Below the pieces are notes generated by a model, which was given only the letters and a program-made list of their open reading frames with translations, made no database searches and had not been told where the DNA came from. The position numbers were made by a program, and so were the translations under genes. From an uncultured Christensenellaceae bacterium (GTDB lineage: Bacteria; Bacillota; Clostridia; Christensenellales; UBA3700), in NCBI GenBank assembly GCA_944381345.1, contig CALWKU010000010.1, positions 1-50,044 of the forward strand: a stretch of DNA of 50,044 nucleotides. The letters run 5' to 3'. The stretch's first letter is position 1; each line of letters begins with the position of its first letter. Positions 42,401 to 50,044 of the stretch are shown here, piece after piece.

Positions 42401-45040
42401 AAGATTGCGCAATTGGTCAAGCGCGATGTCAAGTATCGGTCCGCCCTTGGCGCGCCACCCGTCGTCGTACTCAAAGCCGCCTATTCGTTTGAACGGCGAT
42501 TTTTGGATGTCGCCGCATTCCTTCGCGCGCAGCGACAATTCGCCGAGAATCTGCAGATATCCTCTGAACGAGTCCGCAGTCAGCTTTTCGTAGAACAGCG
42601 AATCTATACGCAGACAGTCGGGCGCGTCCTGGTTTTCGAAATATTCGAGGATGCCCTCGTACAGCGAGATGCCGAGATAGCGCTTGCGGTGCATCGCCGC
42701 GAGTTCGCCGGCGAGCGCGTCTATGCACTCTTTGATCTCGCCGAGTTTTTCCTGCATATCGGCTTCGGAAACGCCGGCTTTGAGACCCAGCGTGTTGACG
42801 ATCTGTCCCAAGACCGCGGTCTTGTTGGTCTTGCCCGAATGCAGTTCGAGACAAAAGTCGGCAAGCCCTATCGATTTTAGCCTGCGGTGGACGACGGACA
42901 GCGCCGCCTTCTTTTCGGCGACGAACAGCACGCGTCTGCCTCTCACGATATTGTTGGCGATGATGTTGGTGATCGTCTGCGATTTGCCCGTGCCCGGAGG
43001 TCCGTGCAGTACAAAACTCTTGCTCAAACTGTCGTAGATCGCCGAATATTGCGACGAATCGGCGGAGATGGGAAGATACATCCTCTCCTCTCCGACATAC
43101 GCCTCGTCGCTGCTGCGGTCGGACAGATCGAACGCTCCCTCGGGCAGTTCGAGCCTGTTGTCGAGCAGCGACGCGACTATCGGGTGTTCGCGGAATTTTT
43201 CGGTACGGTATTTGATGTCGTACCAAAGCTGATAGTTGGCGAACGAAAGACTTGCGAAAAACGCATCGCCGAACACCTCCCAGCCCTTCATATCGACCGT
43301 CTCGCGCTTTATCCGCGCGATAACGGACATAAAACTCTGCTCGCCGCTCAGCGCGACCGTGCCCAGCCCCCTTATGTCGAGATTGAATTGGCGATAGAGA
43401 AATTCCAAAAGCGTGGAGTTGAGCCTGACGTCGTCGGTGTTGATCTCGGCGGTATATGTCGGCGAGGCAAGCCCTTTGCGCGTCATCGTCACGGGGAAAA
43501 GAAAGAGCGGCGCGTACTTGTACTCGTTTGCGTTCTCCTCTTTCCAACGCAAGAAGCCTGCGGCGAGATAAAGCGACGTAGTGCCGGTCTCCTCCTGCAC
43601 GCTGCTCTCCTTGCGGAATAGGCGGAACAGCGTCCCCTCATGCTCCTTGGCGTCGTAGACGGACAGCAGCCTCTTGTTGGAATATTCGTAACCGACAAAG
43701 TCGGCGAACGGCTTTGTATAGCCGACATGGGCGAAGTCCTTGGCGAGTTCTATGCCCGCCTTCTCCGCCTCCTTCGCGCCCGGCTCGACGGTGAAAGTCT
43801 TGTTTTTGTCAAGTGCGGAGAAGAGATTTTGGAGCGACGGGGTGAGCAGCTTGCACGCCGCGCGCGAGATCTTGAAATTGAGCAGCGCATTGCGCATATC
43901 CATATCGAGCAGCTTGCGCTCCCATTGCGCGATCTTGCCCGTCTCCTTATCGCCCTCGACCGCGCCCTTGAATTCGCGGATCTGCGACGGACGCAGTTCG
44001 GGCGCAAAGTCGCGGCTCTCCTCGAGGTCGTATCCGCCGCCCTGTCTGCGCTTACGCTCGGGCAGAGGTCTGATGTTGATGATACGCGCGCGCTTGATGT
44101 CGACAAACAGCCCGTCGTCAGCGTGTTTGAGCGCGTTTTTGGCGTTGCGCTCCGCCTTTTCAAACGACGACCCCTCCGAGATGTCGTCCATACATATGAG
44201 CGTGAAGTCGTTGACGCCGGAGGACGTCTTTTTGGCGAGAAAGTCGGCGTCGTCCCACACAGTTGACGGACAGCATTCGTCCGTCAAAAACACGCCCGCA
44301 TACCATCTGCCGCCGAACTTGCCGACGACGGCGTTGTGCCCTTCGCTCTCGACGAGCGACGCCATGAAAAGCGCAAGTTCCGGTCCTGTTGCAATGCCCG
44401 AATCGAACAATTCTCTGTGCGCAACCACTTTGAAGTCGTCGCCCGGCGTATCTTCGAGGACGAATTTCTCCTCCGCTATCACGCTGTAACAGGCTGCGAA
44501 ATAGTTGCGCACGCCGTTGCGCGAGCCGTAGCCCTTCGAAACGGACAGCTTCCAATCGCGGGCGCGCTGTTCGGCGTCCGCGACGACCTTGTTGACCTCG
44601 GCGGTACGCTTGACGAACGCCGCGAGCGATTCGGGCGACGCGCCGAAATCGCACTCGTCGAACGCGAGTATATCCGTCTTGACGCTCGCGCTCATCACCT
44701 GCTGCTCGCCCACGAAGATCTCGACGTCGAGGTCGCCCTCGGTGCGCTCGTCCATCGCAACGAGGCATGTCGGCGAGCAATTGACGTCGAGATTGAACCT
44801 TGCGGTCGTCCTTTTGGGGATGACCTGCTGAACGAATTCGTACGGCACGACAAAGTCGGGCTTTGAGGTCACCTTGATGCGAATGTCCTCTATATCGTTT
44901 TCGGAAGTATTTTTCAGATAAAAACGCTTTATCGGTCTGATGCCGTTTTGCAAAGCGTAATAGCCGATAGTATCGGCGCATTCCAACGTAAGCTCGAACG
45001 CCCCCTCTTTGACGCTTGTCACGTTCTTTTCTTCGGACAT
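39407..45040 (-). CDS. giant SF1 (Upf1/DNA2-like) helicase with a DUF4011-like N-region, a Vsr/MTES_1575-like endonuclease fold and a DUF3320-like C-terminus
   Basis: The product is 1877 aa. Helicase motifs are Walker A HGPPGTGKSQT, motif II VIFDEASQL, motif III VVGDPQQLPPT, then LRWHYRSRHESLIAFSN and motif VI VAVTRAR. A REase-like block follows the helicase (DFKIDVAIVDP...LAVLADSE...ILRRLGWNTYHVW), then a ~250-aa C-terminal domain. The start is at ATG 45040, preceded by the SD AGGAG. Confidence 0.85.
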   Translation of the reverse strand: MSEEKNVTSVKEGAFELTLECADTIGYYALQNGIRPIKRFYLKNTSENDIEDIRIKVTSKPDFVVPYEFVQQVIPKRTTARFNLDVNCSPTCLVAMDERTEGDLDVEIFVGEQQVMSASVKTDILAFDECDFGASPESLAAFVKRTAEVNKVVADAEQRARDWKLSVSKGYGSRNGVRNYFAACYSVIAEEKFVLEDTPGDDFKVVAHRELFDSGIATGPELALFMASLVESEGHNAVVGKFGGRWYAGVFLTDECCPSTVWDDADFLAKKTSSGVNDFTLICMDDISEGSSFEKAERNAKNALKHADDGLFVDIKRARIINIRPLPERKRRQGGGYDLEESRDFAPELRPSQIREFKGAVEGDKETGKIAQWERKLLDMDMRNALLNFKISRAACKLLTPSLQNLFSALDKNKTFTVEPGAKEAEKAGIELAKDFAHVGYTKPFADFVGYEYSNKRLLSVYDAKEHEGTLFRLFRKESSVQEETGTTSLYLAAGFLRWKEENANEYKYAPLFLFPVTMTRKGLASPTYTAEINTDDVRLNSTLLEFLYRQFNLDIRGLGTVALSGEQSFMSVIARIKRETVDMKGWEVFGDAFFASLSFANYQLWYDIKYRTEKFREHPIVASLLDNRLELPEGAFDLSDRSSDEAYVGEERMYLPISADSSQYSAIYDSLSKSFVLHGPPGTGKSQTITNIIANNIVRGRRVLFVAEKKAALSVVHRRLKSIGLADFCLELHSGKTNKTAVLGQIVNTLGLKAGVSEADMQEKLGEIKECIDALAGELAAMHRKRYLGISLYEGILEYFENQDAPDCLRIDSLFYEKLTADSFRGYLQILGELSLRAKECGDIQKSPFKRIGGFEYDDGWRAKGGPILDIALDQLRNLRSSARNLLPYYSVRTVSLTDQKLKALYKLSLGLDKEFAASYFADKNPNKKDLVDNYLNLSNKAAMMMTDYRARYGAYPADVPQDDLAEAAGGKGPSRKLRKLMPDGVEKEQRQAFFGYLSRCEQTRRMAGKTAKELRVVFGAPDADAKTVAEYCEAIEELYGAAADLYADLDVGVFEESCAALTRYGSNLHGQYYVYAYEGYERAIKTFCDVYRTDGWCGGAELGAKIEYISNIQKNFDYVPNWCRYQEIVQKCRASGLEFVIGPLGNGEITAADVLSCFKKCVYLNFVRSELLLDETLSRFSGMSLEETSAKFREMTDEYERLTRSEIFNRLVARLPRPEDEGAQSTERVLLMRAEKTNMKGMTLRTLFANIPTLLKACCPCMMMSPSSVTQFLDVDLDKFDLVIFDEASQLPTCKAVGSIVRGKSLIVVGDPQQLPPTTFFNADVRDEDNYESEDLESILDDCLALGMPQNRLRWHYRSRHESLIAFSNATFYDNTLLTFPSPNELNSKVTFRYVDGVYERGGEKCNKKEGDELVADIVKRLKDPVKNKESIGVVTFNIAQQNYIETALNKRIHEEGLDSAAFEREEPLFVKNLENVQGDERDVILFSVGYGPDKNGKLSLNFGPINQNGGQKRLNVAVTRARSEMCVFSAIRGNMIDLSRTNSKGVECLKYFLEYAERGKDMLAISNTDMGRTDEGIGEQLARELKDRGIACESNVGVSDFKIDVAIVDPRNPDRYILAVLADSENDLKFKGVRDRVTMHARILRRLGWNTYHVWCVNYFNNPKREIQRIKDAVSALVEKRALGKKAMRDIVAKYKEPYKAFAVKPAAKASGADFVLNPASKDKIVEKIRAIIDRESPIELRTLLTRLCAQFAVPATAKKAIAQLTAYCDMFASLRREIEDKAFFVDKTVETFRPSDAKNVRDIARMYPDEILAAIKCALECGGKLSRDDAVKEASNLLGGKKTKAALDWIGYVLDDAIAQKRVIVNVEGMLSV

Positions 45041-45068
45041 ACTCTTCTCCTGCCTTATCACGAAAATG

Positions 45069-45527
45069 TCAATCTCGAAGCGACGCGAAATCGGTCACCT
45101 CGACCCCCGCCTCTTTGAACAGCAGCATACTGAAATCGTCGGGATAGCCGTATTTATATATAACCCGCTTAATGCCGGCGTTGATGATCATCTTTGCGCA
45201 GATCACACAGGGCTGATGCGTGCAGTACAGCGTCGCGCCGTCAACGCTTACGCCGAGTTTTGCGGCTTGGATGATCGCGTTCTGCTCCGCATGAACGGCA
45301 TAACACAGCTCGTGTCTCGTGCCCGAAGGGATGCCCAGCTTGATGCGTATGCACTCTCCTTTTTCGGTGCAGCTCTTGACGCCGCTGCTCGCGCCGTTGT
45401 AACCGGTGGTCAAAATGCGCTTATCCTTGACGATCACGGCGCCTACGTGCCGATCCTGTTTGAAACAGCTCGACCAAGTTGCGACCTGCTCCGCCATATC
45501 CATAAATCTCTGATCCCATTTGTTCAT
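45069..45527 (-). CDS. comEB: deoxycytidylate (dCMP) deaminase, ComEB type
   Basis: Carries the zinc-deaminase motifs HAEQNAI and PCVICAKMI. The start is at ATG 45527, preceded by the SD AGGAG. About 28 nt separate its stop from the helicase ATG. Confidence 0.85.
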   Translation of the reverse strand: MNKWDQRFMDMAEQVATWSSCFKQDRHVGAVIVKDKRILTTGYNGASSGVKSCTEKGECIRIKLGIPSGTRHELCYAVHAEQNAIIQAAKLGVSVDGATLYCTHQPCVICAKMIINAGIKRVIYKYGYPDDFSMLLFKEAGVEVTDFASLRD

Positions 45528-45716
45528 AAAGAAAACTCCTGATGTATATATAATACCATAATTCCGCGCGCAACGCAACAGCAAATCCGTGCGGCGCGCG
45601 ACAATTTTGCAATAAGAAAAACGTCAGCGGCGCGTCGGTTTTTCACCCCCGTTTAACGTTTCGGGCGCGAAATGAAAATTTTTGGTAAAATGCATCAAAA
45701 AAATTGCAAAGATGTC

Positions 45717-45745
45717 TTTACATACCGAAACGAGCGTGCTATAAT
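45717..45745 (+). promoter_or_regulatory. sigma-A promoter of groES-groEL
   Basis: TTTACA (45717-45722), a 17-nt spacer, then TATAAT (45740-45745), immediately upstream of the CIRCE-like operator. Confidence 0.7.
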
Positions 45746-45753
45746 ATGCAATG

Positions 45754-45780
45754 TTGGCAGTCGATAGGCTTGACTGCTAA
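45754..45780 (+). promoter_or_regulatory. CIRCE-like HrcA operator (variant)
   Basis: The sequence is TTGGCAGTC-N9-GACTGCTAA, against the canonical TTAGCACTC-N9-GAGTGCTAA. It has the same 9-N9-9 inverted-repeat geometry and the same position between the promoter and groES. Confidence 0.75.
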
Positions 45781-45812
45781 ATACAATGAGATCAATCGGA
45801 GGTATAAACACA

Positions 45813-46100
45813 ATGAACATCAAACCGTTGTTCGACAGGATCGTCATCGAACCGATGGACGCTCCAGAAAAGACAGAGAGCGGTCTCTTCCTGCCCTCGT
45901 CCGCGCAGGAAAAACCCCAGCTTGCCCGCGTGATCGCGGTCGGTCCGGGCGGACTTGTGGACGGCAAGGAAGTGACCATGCAGGTCAAGGTCGGCGATGT
46001 TATACTCTACAACAAATATGCCGGTTCCGACTTCAAGTTGGACGAAAAAGAAGTTACCGTACTCAAACAGAGCGACGTACTCGCTGTCGTTGAGCAGTAA
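45813..46100 (+). CDS. groES: co-chaperonin GroES
   Basis: Begins [14 protein letters not shown] and contains KTESGLFLP and [11 protein letters not shown]. The SD GGAGG is present. The ORF-track start at 45786 lies upstream of the SD. Confidence 0.95.
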   Translation: MNIKPLFDRIVIEPMDAPEKTESGLFLPSSAQEKPQLARVIAVGPGGLVDGKEVTMQVKVGDVILYNKYAGSDFKLDEKEVTVLKQSDVLAVVEQ

Positions 46101-47735
<1,635 letters not shown>

Positions 47736-47749
47736 GACGCTTCGCTTTT

Positions 47750-47844
47750 AGGCGAAACCCGAAAATAACTCATCGAATCGCAACGGGCATATCCGCACCT
47801 CGGATATGCCCGTTCCTCATACTCGCTGTTTTCGGGTTTCGCCT
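47750..47844. repeat. nested inverted-repeat structure downstream of groEL
   Basis: An outer perfect 16-bp stem (AGGCGAAACCCGAAAA at 47750-47765 pairing with TTTTCGGGTTTCGCCT at 47829-47844) encloses an inner perfect 13-bp hairpin (ACGGGCATATCCG-CACCT-CGGATATGCCCGT at 47783-47813). No U-tract follows either stem on either strand. Confidence 0.8.
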
Positions 47845-47869
47845 CGCGGAGGCGGCATTGCGGCTTTCA

Positions 47870-48226
47870 TTATATCGGTATTGACTCGTTTGTCGCATAG
47901 AGACTTGCGTATGCCGTTCCTCTGTACGGATATACACCCATCTCGTTTATTTGGTCTATGTAATACTTTGTGTTTGGGTCGGGCTTATCCACAAACTCCG
48001 AAAAATAGTCATTGCTATTTTTTGCTGTTGCGTTTACCGCGTTGAGCGTTTCGCCGTTGAACACAATTGAACCGCCTCTGTCCGTTGCTGCGCCCTGCGG
48101 CTCGATGTAGTACGCGGTATCCGCGTACTTATGCGCGATTGGCTGCGTGAACGTCTTGGTGTCCACATTCACTCGCTTCAGCTCCTCGGTCGGTTCGATA
48201 AGTCCTATCCTTTGATTAAACAGCAT
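47870..48226 (-). CDS. hypothetical protein (118 aa, no family recognised)
   Basis: An ATG-initiated ORF in a lower-GC segment with a weak SD (GGTGAG). It is soluble and N/T/Y-rich, and it could be a gene fragment. Confidence 0.4.
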   Translation of the reverse strand: MLFNQRIGLIEPTEELKRVNVDTKTFTQPIAHKYADTAYYIEPQGAATDRGGSIVFNGETLNAVNATAKNSNDYFSEFVDKPDPNTKYYIDQINEMGVYPYRGTAYASLYATNESIPI

Positions 48227-48271
48227 TGCGCTCTCACCGATTGTGTGTTATCATAATATCGAGGTGATACT

Positions 48272-48889
48272 ATGACAAGGTTTTTTGATATTGGCAAGAA
48301 AGTTCTATATTTTATGTACATAGCGCTCATTACGCTCCTTTTCTTTGCGCCAACTGTTCCAGCCTTGCCCGATAGAAAGCCTCTTATTGCGGTGTTTTGT
48401 CAAAGTCTCGGCGATATGCCGTCGCATTTTTCCGAGATTTTGTCCGACACAAGCCTCTCTACAGACGCACAGGCGCGAACACTGGTAAGAGACGTCTTTG
48501 TTGCAATCTTCTTTTTTGCAACGTTGATTTCTTTGATTTTCTCGCTCGTAACGTTTTTCCGCAAAAAGCGTTGTCGTCTGTTCATATTTCTTTTGTGTGC
48601 AAGCCTGTTTTTTGTTTGCTATGGCACAATATACGCCAATCTTCCCGACAACAATGGCATTCCTCGGCTTGCCTATCACTACGTCTCATATCCAAACGCA
48701 ACTGCGGTTTTTGCCCTCTTCGCTCTCTACGTCCTCTATCTCCTGCTTCGTCGTTTCTACGCCCCTGCCAAGGCGCGTGTAGTCGCCTCTGTCGAGCGGC
48801 GCAAGGCAAGCCGCAAGCCTACCAAGGACGAGCGCATAGCCGAGCTTGAAAAGCGCGTTGCGGAGTTAGAGAGCAAGGATAAAGATTAG
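48272..48889 (+). CDS. hypothetical 4-TM membrane protein with a charged coiled-coil-like tail
   Basis: Has the SD GAGGTG 6 nt upstream of the ATG, four hydrophobic helices and a C-terminal KDERIAELEKRVAELESKDKD. It lies in the lower-GC segment. Confidence 0.6.
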   Translation: MTRFFDIGKKVLYFMYIALITLLFFAPTVPALPDRKPLIAVFCQSLGDMPSHFSEILSDTSLSTDAQARTLVRDVFVAIFFFATLISLIFSLVTFFRKKRCRLFIFLLCASLFFVCYGTIYANLPDNNGIPRLAYHYVSYPNATAVFALFALYVLYLLLRRFYAPAKARVVASVERRKASRKPTKDERIAELEKRVAELESKDKD

Positions 48890-49055
48890 TCCGCGCTCAT
48901 ATTTGCCGCTTCGCCTGCCCCAGAGGACGAGTACATATACCGACTGCCGCTTGCCACCGTTGTGCCGCTCGCGTTTGTCTCCGTTATCGTTATGCGGAAC
49001 ATATTGTCCAAACAAATCAGCGCCTTTGCGGACGTCCCGCTTTTGGCTCGCTTTG

Positions 49056-50044
49056 CAAACTCACAACACCCACCCAACAAAAAAACTTACTAATACCAAC
49101 AATATCAAAAACAGCACCACACCCACCACACAAACCAATCATCTCCCAACACATCGTGACATCACCCACCTCACACCTACCACCCAAACTCACAACACCC
49201 ACCAAAACATCTCCCCTCACTCTCACAACACAACTCAATCAACTACAACACTTTTGGCAACATATCACCATCCCATATCGCCTAAAAAATCTCTCATCAC
49301 TCAACCCGCAAAACTTATTGACATACAACTCTATCGAAAACAACAACACACCCACCACACAAACAAACTGACACCACACCTACAAACCAATCATCTTCCT
49401 ACACATCATAACATCACCCACCTTACACCTGCCACACCAAATTCACAACACAAACACCAAGAACATCAACTACTCATTCACAAACATACAACTAAATCAA
49501 CCAACACACTCTCACCAACACATCATCACACTCCCCAACTTAAATCTCAAAAATCTCTCATCACTCAACCCGCAAAACTTACTGCCGCCACCTCACAAAT
49601 CAATCATCTCCCAACACATCGTGACATCACCCACCTCACATCTACCACCTCAAACTTATAACACCACCACTCACTCACAAACACACAGCTAAATCAACCA
49701 ACACACTCTCACCAACACATCATCACGCTCCCCAACTTAAATCTCAAAAATCTCTCATCACTCAAACCGCAAAACTTATTGATACCCAACTCTATCAAAA
49801 CAGTAACACACACCACACAAACATACTGCCACCACACACAAACCAATCATCTTCCAACATATCTTAACATCACCCACCTCACATCTACCACCCCAAACTT
49901 ATAACACCACCACTCATTCACAAACATACAACTAAATCAACCAACACGCTCTTACCAACATATCATCACACCCAAACTCACATTTCAAAAATCTCTAACT
50001 ACCCAACCCACAGAACTTACTTCACCTAACTCTATCAAAACAGC
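49056..50044. repeat. G-depleted (plus strand) degenerate tandem-repeat array with units of about 210-265 bp, running off the window end
   Basis: My hand count finds about 26 G in about 990 nt. The anchor ATCACCCACC occurs at 49161, 49413, 49626 and 49869. The anchor AAAAATCTCT occurs at 49285, 49549, 49746 and 49987. There are at least 4 units plus a partial leading unit. Confidence 0.9.

Noticed and set aside
49028-49048. A weak hairpin GCGGACGTCCCGC followed by TTTT, as the terminator of the 48272-48889 gene.
   Set aside because: The stem is short and bulged, and it lies 140 nt after the stop. That is not convincing enough to list as a feature.
48903-49661. A 252-aa T/H/P/Q/N-rich ORF across the G-free array, as a possible low-complexity protein.
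   Set aside because: Without G, only TAA can terminate a frame, so long open frames are expected by chance. The ORF starts at a TTG with no SD. The same frame hits TAA in the third repeat unit, and no plus-strand ORF of comparable length is listed through the later units.
49161-49869. Repeat-unit spacings of 252, 213 and 243 (all multiples of 3) as evidence that the array is an in-frame coding repeat.
   Set aside because: The second anchor motif gives spacings of 264, 197 and 241, and the anchor-to-anchor distance within units varies (124, 136, 120, 118). Codon phase is therefore not conserved between units, and the multiples of three are probably coincidental.
49285-50020. A recurring ~33-bp motif AAAAATCTCTCATCACTCAACCCGCAAAACTTA as a CRISPR repeat.
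   Set aside because: Copies are 197-264 bp apart rather than 60-75 bp. The sequence between copies is itself repeated. The motif copies are degenerate, and no cas genes are in the window.

Overview
About 50 kb of chromosome from a GC-rich (roughly 60 % by eye), endospore-forming Firmicute, Clostridia-like on the evidence of spoIIGA-sigE, ytfJ/gerW and a SpoVD-type PBP. From 1 to 45.6 kb almost every gene is on the minus strand. In coordinate order: a tRNA cluster (Asp, CAT, Pro); cmk-plsC-ispH::S1 fusion; an HI0933-type flavoprotein; surE; sigE and spoIIGA; then a complete dcw cluster (ftsZ, ftsA, ftsQ/divIB, murA, ftsW/spoVE, murD, mraY, murE, PBP, an unusual FtsL-slot protein, rsmH, mraZ). 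Next come about 800 bp of repeat-bearing non-coding DNA, a metallophosphoesterase, an orphan Cys-bearing protein (+), and a 2452-aa cyclic-beta-1,2-glucan-synthase-like giant with an upstream GH16 lipoprotein. These are followed by rluB, dacB, ytfJ, two plus-strand small genes, scpB, scpA, an M50 protease, a 1877-aa SF1 helicase/REase-like/DUF3320-type giant, and dCMP deaminase. groES-groEL follow on the plus strand with a promoter and a CIRCE-like operator. After groEL the composition changes. There is a nested inverted-repeat structure, two lower-GC orphan genes, and then, from about 49056 to the window end, a roughly 1-kb degenerate tandem-repeat array whose plus strand almost completely lacks G. 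That array is the most unusual object in the window and no standard feature class explains it. ORF-track starts were trimmed wherever an SD-supported internal start, a gene overlap or an internal terminator argued for it. No transposase, integrase, CRISPR array or rRNA was seen.
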